Assembly: GCA_963665615.2 (NCBI GenBank)
Contig: CAXXQE010000008.1
Coordinates: 496,001 to 560,000, forward strand
Origin: Syntrophales bacterium
GTDB lineage: Bacteria; Desulfobacterota; Syntrophia; Syntrophales; UBA4778
Reading direction: 5' to 3'
Length of the DNA: 64,000 nucleotides
The position numbers were made by a program, and so were the translations under genes. Below the pieces are notes generated by a model that saw only the letters and a list, made by a program, of their open reading frames with translations, made no database searches and was not told where the DNA came from. Of the stretch, positions 52,134 to 61,699 are shown piece after piece; position 1 is the first letter of the stretch, and each line of letters opens with the position of its first letter.

Positions 52134-53128
52134 GGGTTTTTTCTCAATGGGGCCAGGATCATCATCCTGACGACGTCCTTGGCCTCCAACCCGCCTTCTG
52201 CCATGGAACGCATGAAGCCGGACCCGTCTGCAATGCAGGGATTGGCATTGATCTCGATAATATGGATGTTGCCGTCACGGTCCATACGCGCATCGACGCG
52301 CGCGTAACCGCGCAGCCGGAAGACGTGCCAGCACCTCAGCGCCAACTCCTCCAGATAGGGCAGGGGCGCTCCTTCCGGGTAAAAGGCGCGGTTCGTGTTT
52401 TCATACTCGAAGGTGTCCTCCGCCCATTTGGCGGCGTAGTTGACGATGCGCGGCTTGTCGGCGGGCCAGTCGTCGAACACGATTTCGGAGATCGGGAAGA
52501 CCTTGACGCCGCCGTCCTCCAGCTCCAGCATGGGGATATTGATCTCCCGGCCGTCGATATACTCCTCTACCAGAATCGGTTGCCGGTTGTGTCGCAGATA
52601 CATCTCCGGCAGGACGGCGCGGAGTTTGGCCTCGTCGTAAATGACGCAATCGTCGTCGATGCCGACCGAGCCGTCCTCCCAGGAGGGCTTGACGATCCAG
52701 GGTCCGGCACAAGGCAGCGCTTCAAACGCCCCATCGTATTGGCCCCAGCGGGGGGTCGGCAGCCCCGCGCATTTCAGGACCGTCTTGGCGAGGATCTTGT
52801 CGGTTGTCGTGAAAAGCGCCGGAAAGGGCGCCCCGGTATAGGGAAACCCGCCGATTTCATAGAGCGAAGGGAGAACGGGATGGAAGCGGGCATCTTCCCC
52901 CATCGCCTCAAAGAGATTGAAGATGACCGTCGGAGCGTAACGCTTCAGTTCCTGGAGCAATGTTGCACAGGAAGTCAGGCTATTGGCCACGGGAAAGGGT
53001 CGGAAATCGTACCCAAGCTCCCGGATGGCGTCGCTGACCATGGCGATTTGGTCGAGCACATCCACGGAGTCTGCCTTGCCGGGAATCGGTTCGTTGAAGA
53101 CAATGGCAACTTTCATATTAACAATCAC
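52130..53128 (-). CDS. D-Ala-D-Ala ligase-like ATP-grasp protein 2
   Basis: FNLFE, DKILAK, IVKPSWEDGSVGI, EEYIDGRE, YARVD, EINANP. Confidence 0.88.
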   Translation of the reverse strand: MIVNMKVAIVFNEPIPGKADSVDVLDQIAMVSDAIRELGYDFRPFPVANSLTSCATLLQELKRYAPTVIFNLFEAMGEDARFHPVLPSLYEIGGFPYTGAPFPALFTTTDKILAKTVLKCAGLPTPRWGQYDGAFEALPCAGPWIVKPSWEDGSVGIDDDCVIYDEAKLRAVLPEMYLRHNRQPILVEEYIDGREINIPMLELEDGGVKVFPISEIVFDDWPADKPRIVNYAAKWAEDTFEYENTNRAFYPEGAPLPYLEELALRCWHVFRLRGYARVDARMDRDGNIHIIEINANPCIADGSGFMRSMAEGGLEAKDVVRMMILAPLRKNP

Positions 53129-54144
53129 CTTGCTGAGTAATTTTTATAGACGACCGATGGGTTGCCGCGTTCGAGCGCAGATGAAACGATCGCGGCAAGA
53201 AGCGCTTCATAGGACATCCCTGCCTGTCGGCACAAAATGGGCAGGTCCGAATGCGTGGGATGAATGCCCGCCAGGGGGTTGATCTCCAGGAAGAAGAGGC
53301 GGCCGGCGGCATCCGCCTTGAAATCTACCCGCCCCGCGTCCCGGCATCCCAGGGCAGCATAGGCGCGAAGGGCCAATACAGAGGCCTCCTCGATAATAGA
53401 GTCATCGCGCACCAGCACATAATCAACGTATTGCTCGCAAAGCTCCTTGTTCAAATAGGAATAGACCAGGGGTTCGGCGCCCTCTCTGAGCGCGACCTCC
53501 AAAACGCCGACCGCACGGGCCTTGGCGCCCGTTCCCAGAATGCCGACTGTAAATTCCCGTCCGGGGAGATAAGCCTCGACAAGGACGGGCTGGGCATAAC
53601 GCTCAAGCAGGGTTGCACACTGGGCTTCAAGCTCGCGGGCGTTGCGGACGATCGACGCCGGTGTCACCCCTTTACCCGTTCCTTCCGATAAAGGTTTGAC
53701 GAAATTCGGGAAGGGCGGCGCGTCGGCTGCAGGCCTGTTCAGTTCCTGCAGTGAGGAAACGGTGTAAAAGTCAGGGGTCAGTACACCGGCGGCGCGGACG
53801 ACCGTCTTGGTCATAGCCTTGTCAAGGGACAAGGCAAGGGTTAAAGGATCGCTGAAGGTATAGGGGATTTGATAGGCTTCCAGGAGGGCCGGCACTTGCG
53901 CTTCACGACTGCGGCCGTAGAGGCCTTCAGTGATATTGAAGACCAGATCCCATCGTTCGCCCGCTGCGAGTCGCTTGACCAGATCATAGACGGAACCGAT
54001 CCGATCCACGTCGTGTCCGAGCGAGGCCAGGGCTCCAGAGACAAAGCCAATGGTCTCCTCGCTGTCAAATTCCGCTGTTTCTTCTTCGGTAAAACCCCGC
54101 TTCAGGTAGTCGAGACGCAAGTCATAGGCAAACCCTATTTTCAT
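53125..54144 (-). CDS. D-Ala-D-Ala ligase-like ATP-grasp protein 1
   Basis: FNITEG..GRSRE, DKAMTK, FVKPLSEGTGKG, GREFTVG, GRVDF, EINPLAG. Confidence 0.88.
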   Translation of the reverse strand: MKIGFAYDLRLDYLKRGFTEEETAEFDSEETIGFVSGALASLGHDVDRIGSVYDLVKRLAAGERWDLVFNITEGLYGRSREAQVPALLEAYQIPYTFSDPLTLALSLDKAMTKTVVRAAGVLTPDFYTVSSLQELNRPAADAPPFPNFVKPLSEGTGKGVTPASIVRNARELEAQCATLLERYAQPVLVEAYLPGREFTVGILGTGAKARAVGVLEVALREGAEPLVYSYLNKELCEQYVDYVLVRDDSIIEEASVLALRAYAALGCRDAGRVDFKADAAGRLFFLEINPLAGIHPTHSDLPILCRQAGMSYEALLAAIVSSALERGNPSVVYKNYSAR

Positions 54145-55529
54145 GCCTTCTCTTCCTTCAACCTCAGGAGGGTGTTTTTGCTTCTTCGTCTATATCGAGG
54201 GGTCTCCTCCGGGACAAGCGCCTTGACGTTGCCCTTGAGCAGCTGGGCCGTTCCGCCGTCCTTGCCGTTGGTCGCCGACTTGCGGGAAAAGCCGTAATCC
54301 GTTTCCTGCGGGTTGAAGTACTTGATGATCATGCCCTCGTAGTTTCTGAAGAGAACGTCCTTGTCCGTTACGGACAGCATGTAGAAAGGCTGAAGGGGAA
54401 TCTTTCCGCCGCCGCCGGGGGTATCGACCATAAAAGAGGGGATGCAGAGTCCGCCGGTGTAGCCTCTGAGCATCTCGATGATCTCGATGCCCTTCCAGAT
54501 ATTGGTCCGAAAGTGCTCCGTTCCCCGGACCGGATCGCACTGGAAGAGGTAATAAGGACGGACCATGATGCGCTGGAGCTTGTGACACAACTCGCGCATG
54601 ACCTCAATGGAATCGTTGATGCCCCGGAGCAGGACGGACTGATTGGAGACGGGAATGCCCGCCCTCAGGAGCTTGTCGCAGGCCTCCTGGGACTCCGGCG
54701 TGATTTCATTGGGATGGTTGAACTGGGTATTGAGCCACAGCGGTCGGTGCGAGGCCAGCATCTTGACTAAATCGTCAGTGATTCGCATCGGCAGAACCAC
54801 AGGGACCCGGCTGCCGATCCGCACCACTTCGAGGTGGGGGATCTTTTCGAGTTCGCCCAGGAACCAGTCGAGCAGGTCGAGGTTCATGGTGAGCGGATCT
54901 CCGCCGGAGACAATGACCTCGCGCACTTCCGGTGTCGCATGGACATACTTGACCATGTCCATGAGCTCCTGCTTCGAGCGGGTGGTTTCTCCCTCGTGCC
55001 AGATGCGCTTGCGCGTGCAGTGGCGACAGTACATGGCACACATGTTGGTGACGACGGCGAGGACGCGGTCGGGGTAACGGTGGACGAGCCCCGGAACCTG
55101 CATGTCCTGCTGCTCCTCGAGCGGGTCGTAGTCGCCGACGATCTTGAATTCCATTTCCCTCAAATCGGGGAAGCATTGCTTCTTGATCGGATCCGCCGGA
55201 TTGTACCAGTCGATCAACGACAGAAAATAGGGTGTGATGGCAAAGGGGAAGATCTTGTTGAGCGTTTTGTGCTTGGCCACCTGATAGGGCTTCAGGTTGA
55301 GCAGGTTGGTGAGCTCGTCAATGGAAGAAATCCGGTTGGCCATCTGCCAGGACCAGTCCTGCCACTGTTCGACAGTGACATTCGGCCAGAGCTTTTGAAC
55401 GACATTGCCGCTGCCGAAAAGCGCATCGGCGTTGAGTGCCGTCAATAACGACGAAGTCGCGGATTCGCTCGGAGGCTCCTCTTCCTCCGCAACCGCGGCC
55501 TTTATATCCATGTCTCCCTCTGAGTTCAT
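54141..55529 (-). CDS. kamA: KamA-family radical-SAM/PLP 2,3-aminomutase
   Basis: LVHRYPDR, CAMYCRHC, SGGDPL, NQSVLLRGIND, QCD, VDTPGGGGK. Confidence 0.92.
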   Translation of the reverse strand: MNSEGDMDIKAAVAEEEEPPSESATSSLLTALNADALFGSGNVVQKLWPNVTVEQWQDWSWQMANRISSIDELTNLLNLKPYQVAKHKTLNKIFPFAITPYFLSLIDWYNPADPIKKQCFPDLREMEFKIVGDYDPLEEQQDMQVPGLVHRYPDRVLAVVTNMCAMYCRHCTRKRIWHEGETTRSKQELMDMVKYVHATPEVREVIVSGGDPLTMNLDLLDWFLGELEKIPHLEVVRIGSRVPVVLPMRITDDLVKMLASHRPLWLNTQFNHPNEITPESQEACDKLLRAGIPVSNQSVLLRGINDSIEVMRELCHKLQRIMVRPYYLFQCDPVRGTEHFRTNIWKGIEIIEMLRGYTGGLCIPSFMVDTPGGGGKIPLQPFYMLSVTDKDVLFRNYEGMIIKYFNPQETDYGFSRKSATNGKDGGTAQLLKGNVKALVPEETPRYRRRSKNTLLRLKEEKA

Positions 55530-55544
55530 CGATCGTCCGGGTCC

Positions 55545-55700
55545 GTTTTTCTTATTTTTAACGCTTCTGACCTATCAGTCAGAGTGCCTTTCAGCGTTCA
55601 GATGGTCTCGCTTACAACGCACGTCCCACGAGCCCCCACGCTCATGGGCGTTCCGTTTCATGGATCAGGCCGTGCTGTATATAACAGCTTGAATGGTCGT
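55545..55700 (-). promoter_or_regulatory. Structured 5' leader of the kamA operon (candidate cis-regulatory RNA)
   Basis: Minus-strand stems CCCATGAGC/GCTCGTGGG and AACGCT..TCTGAC/GTCAGA-AGCGTT; TTGACA near 55731. Confidence 0.4.
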
Positions 55701-55803
55701 TCCTAATTAACATCTTTTGTTCACATGTCAAGCGCATTTTTCATTTTTTGCCTGGTTTTAAGCGGTTTTGCACAGTCAACAGGAGGTGTTGAAAAACATG
55801 CTA

Positions 55804-56598
55804 TCAGTCCCCCCAAAACAGCGGTTCCGTTTGACCCAGAATGGAGAGCATTTCCGGGTGAAGGATGCCGTTAGATGCCACGACTGCCGGGGCATCCAGT
55901 GCATGTTCCTTGCCGTTCAGATCGGAGACGCGCCCGCCCGCCTCTTTGACCATCAGGCAACCGGCGGCGGTATCCCAGGGTTTCAGCCGTAGTTCCCAGA
56001 ATCCGTCGAAGCGTCCCGCCGCCGTGTAGGCCAGTTCCAGGGCCGCCGAACCGGCGCGGCGGATCGCCTGCGCACGTCGCGACATCGTCACGAAGTAGTT
56101 GACGTTGTTGTTCGGATTTTCCCTCAGGTCGTAGGGAAAGCCTGTTGCGAAGAGTCCCGACGAGACACTTGCCGTTGCGGAGACGCCGAGCCGCTCGCCG
56201 TTGAGGAAGGCGCCCCTGCCAGCCTCGGCGACAAAGGTTTCGTTCAGCATCGGATTGAAGACGACACCCAGAACAACGTTGCCCGCTTTTTCCAGGGCGA
56301 TGGAAACACAGAAGGCCGGATAGCCGTGTGCGTAATTCGTGGTCCCGTCCAGCGGGTCGATGATCCAACGGTATTCGGAGTGGCCTTCGATCTCCGAGGA
56401 TTCTTCTGCCAGAATGCCGTGATCCGGGAAATTGCCTTGGATGCGCGACTTGATCCGTTCCTCGGACAGGCGATCGGCTTCGGTTACGAGATCGATTGCC
56501 CCTTTATAATCGACGGTCAACCGGGAACCAAAACGCTCTTTGAGGATAGCGCCGGCTTCGTGGGACATGGCAATGGCAAAGGCTTTGAAAATTTCCAT
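55804..56598 (-). CDS. suhB: Inositol monophosphatase family protein
   Basis: DLVTEAD, WIIDPLDGTTNY, GSAAL, PWDTAAG. Confidence 0.93.
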   Translation of the reverse strand: MEIFKAFAIAMSHEAGAILKERFGSRLTVDYKGAIDLVTEADRLSEERIKSRIQGNFPDHGILAEESSEIEGHSEYRWIIDPLDGTTNYAHGYPAFCVSIALEKAGNVVLGVVFNPMLNETFVAEAGRGAFLNGERLGVSATASVSSGLFATGFPYDLRENPNNNVNYFVTMSRRAQAIRRAGSAALELAYTAAGRFDGFWELRLKPWDTAAGCLMVKEAGGRVSDLNGKEHALDAPAVVASNGILHPEMLSILGQTEPLFWGD

Positions 56599-56905
56599 GT
56601 GTCAATCACTCCTTCTTGAGCGGTTGCATTCGATGATGGCGAACATGCGGCCGCCATTCTATCAGTAAGGCTGGAGAAATAACCATGAAAAATTGGAGAC
56701 TCACCCGAAGCCCTCTCCGGCGAATCTAAGGAAGATGTTTAAACATGATTCGCCCGCTACGGGAGTCATGCTGGGCAACGGGACCGTCGTCGCAGGCATT
56801 GCCTGCTGAGCGGCACCTGTCGCGAACATACAGGCACGGAACTTTTTATTGCGTGGCATTTGAAATGATGTTAGCTTTTCCAAGATAATGCGTGAAAGGG
56901 TTGGC

Positions 56906-57751
56906 ATGAAAAAGGAAGAGATGGCGGAGACAAAGGCCCCAAGCCTGCCAGTGGAAGTGTTTCCGGATTGCGCCGCAGCGAGATTAGCCCGGGGAATTGC
57001 GCTGAAAGATCTGTCGAATGAAACGCGAATCAGGTTATCGTATCTCGAGGCCATCGAAAAGGGAGACTTTGAAAAGCTGCCCGAACCAATCTACGCTCAG
57101 ACATTTATCAAGACCTATGCCGAAGCGGTCGGGGTGGATGCTGCTGTGCTGTTGGCGTATTATCGGACCTATCTGGAAAAATGTCAGGTGGTGCGCCCCC
57201 TGCTCGTCGAAAAGAAGCAACGGGTTATGCTCGGTCTGGATCACCAGACGTCCTATCTTAAAACCGTTTTAAAAAAACTGGGTTGGATTGTTCCGATTGT
57301 CGTGGCGATCGGCTTTCTGGCCTCCTTCTTTGCAACGCATATGAACAATCAGCTCCAGCGGGAGTGGATCTCGCCGTTGCCGGCTACGCCAACCGCTCCA
57401 GCCATACCTCCTGCTACACCGTCACCTGCCGCATCCACCGCTGTTTCTACTGCGGCGTCCAGCGCGACAACGTTGGCGCCGTTACCGGCTCAGCAGGCTG
57501 TTCCCACCTCTTATAAGCTCGTGATCGAGGCGACCGATACGACCTGGATCAGTCTTGTTGAGGATGACAATCCACCCTTTGAGGTGTTATTACGAAGCGG
57601 AGAGCGGGTAGAACGGGAGGCCTCGAAAAAATTCGCACTCGATATCGGCAATGCCGGCGGGGTGATCCTGACATTTCAGGGCAAGTCCATGGGACGGTTG
57701 GGGCAGAAGGGGCAAGTCGTCCATTTGACGCTTCCCGAAGACGGACATTGA
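56906..57751 (+). CDS. rodZ: RodZ-like HTH / TM / DUF4115 protein (probable start ATG 56906)
   Basis: TRIRLSYLEAIEKG..LP..Y..FIKTYA, TM helix, IGNAGGV. Confidence 0.85.
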   Translation: MKKEEMAETKAPSLPVEVFPDCAAARLARGIALKDLSNETRIRLSYLEAIEKGDFEKLPEPIYAQTFIKTYAEAVGVDAAVLLAYYRTYLEKCQVVRPLLVEKKQRVMLGLDHQTSYLKTVLKKLGWIVPIVVAIGFLASFFATHMNNQLQREWISPLPATPTAPAIPPATPSPAASTAVSTAASSATTLAPLPAQQAVPTSYKLVIEATDTTWISLVEDDNPPFEVLLRSGERVEREASKKFALDIGNAGGVILTFQGKSMGRLGQKGQVVHLTLPEDGH

Positions 57752-57769
57752 TAGAAGAGGGGTAAGGAT

Positions 57770-57952
57770 ATGAATTTAGGAACGCCAGAACTGATCGTCA
57801 TTTTGGTCATTGTCATCATTATCTTCGGCGCGGGCAAGATCCCGGAGTTGGGCGCGGCCATCGGCAAGGGCATCCGGAATTTCAAGAAGTCTATGGCCGA
57901 AGTGGACGATAAGGACGCCGAAACAAAGAAACTCGAAGATAAGGATAAATAG
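57770..57952 (+). CDS. tatA: Twin-arginine translocase TatA
   Basis: LGTPEL...[20 protein letters not shown]. Confidence 0.93.
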   Translation: MNLGTPELIVILVIVIIIFGAGKIPELGAAIGKGIRNFKKSMAEVDDKDAETKKLEDKDK

Positions 57953-57953
57953 C

Positions 57954-57995
57954 AAACAGCCGCAACATCCCCACGGATAGACTGCGGCTGTTTTT
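57954..57995. terminator. Bidirectional terminator between tatA and ssb
   Basis: AAACAGCCGCA...TGCGGCTGTTTTT. Confidence 0.65.
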
Positions 57996-58012
57996 CAGTG
58001 CGGTTAAAGCGA

Positions 58013-58426
58013 TTAGAACGGGACGTCGTCCTCTCCACCCGTTTCGCCGCCGAATGGAGGCGCCTGGTTGCCCCAGCCTGCATCCTGTTCCTTCCCCTGA
58101 CCCTTTGAATCCAGCATCTGCATATTTGAGGCGATGATCTCGGTGGTATAGCGCTTCACCCCTTCTTTGTCTTCCCAGGATCGGGTCTGAATCTTTCCTT
58201 CGACGTAAACCAGTTTCCCTTTGGTAAGATATTGGCCGCAAATTTCGGCCAACTTGCGGAAGGTGATGATCTTGTGCCATTCCGTTTTTTGCACCTTCTC
58301 TCCCGCTTTATTCTTAAAGGATTCGTCGGTTGCCAAGTTGAAGTTGGTTACCATTGTGCCGTCCGGCAGATACCGGATCTCCGGATCCGCCCCGAGTCGT
58401 CCTATTAAAATAACCTTGTTCAGCAT
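58013..58426 (-). CDS. ssb: Single-stranded DNA-binding protein
   Basis: NKVILIGRLGADPE, TEWH, C-terminal DDVPF. Confidence 0.96.
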   Translation of the reverse strand: MLNKVILIGRLGADPEIRYLPDGTMVTNFNLATDESFKNKAGEKVQKTEWHKIITFRKLAEICGQYLTKGKLVYVEGKIQTRSWEDKEGVKRYTTEIIASNMQMLDSKGQGKEQDAGWGNQAPPFGGETGGEDDVPF

Positions 58427-58572
58427 GGCCTGCTCCTTTCAAATTCGTGATGACGATAGGTTGTAGTCATACACAATTTGGGGGGTCATGGCAATGGATT
58501 CTTCTGGCCTGCCTCCTTGCGGTCACGCACCGGCCACGGGCCAAACGAACGAATCAGGACGGTAGGGATAAA

Positions 58573-58606
58573 AGATTCGCCGGAGCTTGCTCCGGTGAAT
58601 CTTTCA
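58573..58606. repeat. Family C hairpin repeat, best-paired copy
   Basis: AGATTCGCCGGAGCTTGCTCCGGTGAATCTT. Confidence 0.65.
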
Positions 58607-58707
58607 AGAGTCTGCCGCCATTCATGTTGACATCGCAGGGGGTTTAAAGTAAAAATGTGGACACTTTTTCAGGCAGTTGCAAGAGGTCGGCCTTTTTCGG
58701 ACAATAG

Positions 58708-59448
58708 GTGCGCGAGGATATGATTCGTTCTTTCATTTTGCTGGTTGTTGGGCTTTTTCTGACGGGAAAAACCTGCATGCATGTCATTATCGGGGCCCGT
58801 TTTTTTCACAAAGACGCCGACTGGATCCACAATGTTGCACGCCGGTGGGGGGCGACGCTCCTGAAGCTCGCCGGCGTAAAACTGGAGGTTTCCGGAAAGG
58901 AAAACCTGATAACCGACGGCCCGCAGCTCTTCATGGCCAATCATCAGAGCTGGTTTGACATCTTCATCGTGCTGGCGTGCATTCCCTGTCAGTTTCGTTT
59001 TCTCGCCAAGAAGGAGCTTTTTGAGAAACCTATTTTCGGGGCGACGCTGTATTGTTACCAGGCCATTCCTATTGACCGGAAGAATTTTATCAGTGCCATG
59101 CGCAGCATTGACGCGGCCGCCCGTCAGGTCCAGGCGGGGCGCTCGGTGATGACTTACCCGGAGGGGACGCGAAGCCGCGACGGGCAGCTCCAGCCCTTCA
59201 AAAAAGGAGTCTTCCAGCTGGCGCTGAAATCCGGGGTTCCGATTGTGCCCGTCATTATCATAGGCGCTTCGGACATCATGCCGAAAAAATCCTTCCGGGT
59301 GCAATCTGGCCGAAAGGTTCGGGTGGTTATCGGAGAACCAGTTCCGGTTGACGGGTATTCGGTGGAAACCGTGGACGACCTGATCGAACGGGTCCGGAAC
59401 ATCATGTTGCAACATCAGGTCACGCAGCCGGGTCGAGACGGCGGATGA
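58708..59448 (+). CDS. plsC: 1-acyl-sn-glycerol-3-phosphate acyltransferase
   Basis: NHQSWFD, AKKELF, PEGTRS, FKKG. Confidence 0.92.
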   Translation: MREDMIRSFILLVVGLFLTGKTCMHVIIGARFFHKDADWIHNVARRWGATLLKLAGVKLEVSGKENLITDGPQLFMANHQSWFDIFIVLACIPCQFRFLAKKELFEKPIFGATLYCYQAIPIDRKNFISAMRSIDAAARQVQAGRSVMTYPEGTRSRDGQLQPFKKGVFQLALKSGVPIVPVIIIGASDIMPKKSFRVQSGRKVRVVIGEPVPVDGYSVETVDDLIERVRNIMLQHQVTQPGRDGG

Positions 59449-59455
59449 ATCTCTT

Positions 59456-61699
59456 ATGAAAAAAAGAAGGGCTAACCCCAAGAGATCGCGGGAAATTACC
59501 GCTCTGGTTTTTCTGGCCCTGGCTATTTTCCTGACGCTTTGCCTTGTTTCATATAATGCCAGTGATTTGGAACGTGACAGCCGCGGCATGCGCCTCTACG
59601 CCGCGACCAATTACGGCGGAATCATCGGCGCCTATACCGCCCATGCCCTCTTTAAGGTTATCGGCGTGGCCGCCTGCTGGTTGCCCGTCGTCCTCTTTTT
59701 CCTCTCTTTCCGCCTCTTTCTGCAGGAGCTCTTCGTCCTCGATGTCCTGACGGTGACGGGCGTCTTTGCCCTGATCCTCTCCTCGGCGGGTTTATTGTCG
59801 CTCATCGGTGACAACCTGAGGATAACCTGGACGGAGGCCTCGTCCGGCGGCATCCTGGGCACGATCCTGAAGGACGCTCTGCACCCCTATTTGAACACCG
59901 TCGGATCCGGCATCTTCCTGTGTCTAGCCTTCCTGCTGTCGCTGATGGGGGCCCTTGATCTGTCGGTCGTCGCGGTTTTCCTCCGGTTGGCGGCGATTCT
60001 CCGGTTCGTTGCGGGACGGTTCCTGCGATTCGTCGCGATTCTCCGGGAGAAGGCCCGGCGAAAGAGACAACTGGCCCAGGAGATCCGCGAGAAGGAGATC
60101 CGTGTGCCCCCGGTCATCGCAGACGAGATCGTTCGTGTCGAGAAAAAGCCGAAACCGGCGAAGAAGGTCGTGGAACAGGCCTCGTTCGACTTTGCACTGC
60201 CCAAGGGCGCCTACACCGTGCCGCCCTTGAGTCTCCTGGATGATCAGCTCCGCAAAGATTCCCGCGTCAAGAAGGAAAGCCTTCTGATGAACGCCCGGAT
60301 CGTCGAGAAGAAACTCGCCGATTTCGGCGTCGAGGGGAAGGTCACCGAGGTCAAGCCCGGGCCGCTCATCACGATGTATGAACTGGAGCCCGCTGCCGGG
60401 GTGAAGTTGAGCCGGATCACGAATCTGTCGGACGACCTGGCGATGGCCCTCAAGGCCCCGAGCGTCCGTATCGCGCCGATTCCCGGCAAGTCCGTTGTCG
60501 GGATCGAAATCCCCAACAACGAACGGCAGTCGGTCCATCTCAAAAACGTCCTGGACAACCCGGATTTTCTCCAGTCGAAACACCGACTGCCCATCGCCCT
60601 GGGCGAGGACAATATCGGCGTGCCGGTCCTTGCGGACCTGGCCCGGATGCCCCACCTGCTGATCGCCGGTACGACCGGATCGGGCAAGAGTGTCTCGCTC
60701 AATGCCATGATTTGCAGCATCCTTTTCAAGTGGGCGCCCGACGACGTCAAACTCCTCATGATCGATCCCAAGCGGATCGAGCTGTCCAACTATGAAGGCA
60801 TCCCGCACCTGTTGCATCCCGTCGTCGTCAACCCGAAGGATGCCTCGCAGGTGCTGCGCTGGGCCGTCGCGGAGATGGAACGCCGCTACCAGTGGATCAG
60901 CGAAAGCGGGACAAAGGACATCGACAAGTACAACAAGCTGCTCGAAAAACCCGCGGAGCGTGGGAAGTCCGTGCCAGAGGCCGCCGAGGCGGACGATCTG
61001 TTCGATGGCATCCCGGCGGCGGTGAAAGGCGGGACTTTGTCAAAGCCGATGACGAAGCTGCCATATATCATTATTATCATCGACGAGTTGGCCGACCTCA
61101 TGATGGTCGCGCAGCGCGACGTCGAAGAATCCCTCACACGCCTGGCCCAGATGGCGCGGGCGGCGGGCATTCACCTCATCCTGGCCACGCAGCGGCCGTC
61201 GGTTGATGTCATCACCGGCATCATCAAGGCGAACTTTCCGACGCGCATTTCCTTCCAGGTTTCCTCGAAGGTGGATTCCCGGACGATTCTCGATCAACTC
61301 GGGGCCGAGCAACTCCTCGGTATGGGAGACATGCTCTACATGCCCGCCGGAACCTCGCGACTCGTGCGGATTCACGGTGCCTACGTTTCCGACAAGGAGA
61401 TCGAAAGGATCGTGACCTTCGTGAAGAAGCAGGGCAAGCCCGATTACGACGAGACGATTCTCCGCCCGCAAGAGGTCGAAGGAGGCCTCGCGGACGAGGA
61501 TTACGACGAGAAGTACGATCGGGCGGTGGAGCTTGTGACTGATCTCGGACAGGCCTCGGTATCGCTCGTGCAGCGTTACATGAAGATCGGCTACAACCGG
61601 GCCGCGCGGATCATCGAGCGAATGGAAGCGGAGGGTGTCGTCGGCCCTTCCGACGGCGTGAAGCCGCGGAAGGTATTGGTTAAAAAAATGCCGCACTAG
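59456..61699 (+). CDS. ftsK: DNA translocase FtsK
   Basis: N-terminal TM segments, AGTTGSGKS, IDELADLMM, ATQRPSVDV, gamma domain IGYNRAAR. Confidence 0.97.
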   Translation: MKKRRANPKRSREITALVFLALAIFLTLCLVSYNASDLERDSRGMRLYAATNYGGIIGAYTAHALFKVIGVAACWLPVVLFFLSFRLFLQELFVLDVLTVTGVFALILSSAGLLSLIGDNLRITWTEASSGGILGTILKDALHPYLNTVGSGIFLCLAFLLSLMGALDLSVVAVFLRLAAILRFVAGRFLRFVAILREKARRKRQLAQEIREKEIRVPPVIADEIVRVEKKPKPAKKVVEQASFDFALPKGAYTVPPLSLLDDQLRKDSRVKKESLLMNARIVEKKLADFGVEGKVTEVKPGPLITMYELEPAAGVKLSRITNLSDDLAMALKAPSVRIAPIPGKSVVGIEIPNNERQSVHLKNVLDNPDFLQSKHRLPIALGEDNIGVPVLADLARMPHLLIAGTTGSGKSVSLNAMICSILFKWAPDDVKLLMIDPKRIELSNYEGIPHLLHPVVVNPKDASQVLRWAVAEMERRYQWISESGTKDIDKYNKLLEKPAERGKSVPEAAEADDLFDGIPAAVKGGTLSKPMTKLPYIIIIIDELADLMMVAQRDVEESLTRLAQMARAAGIHLILATQRPSVDVITGIIKANFPTRISFQVSSKVDSRTILDQLGAEQLLGMGDMLYMPAGTSRLVRIHGAYVSDKEIERIVTFVKKQGKPDYDETILRPQEVEGGLADEDYDEKYDRAVELVTDLGQASVSLVQRYMKIGYNRAARIIERMEAEGVVGPSDGVKPRKVLVKKMPH

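Noticed and set aside
54141..55529. KamA homologue as EpmB or glutamate 2,3-aminomutase
   Set aside because: No efp or epmA nearby, longer than typical EpmB, and both Asp substrate residues are retained.
58627..58656. Sigma70 promoter for plsC
   Set aside because: TTGACA is present but the -10 at 17 bp reads TAAAAA, lacking the conserved final T; left uncalled.
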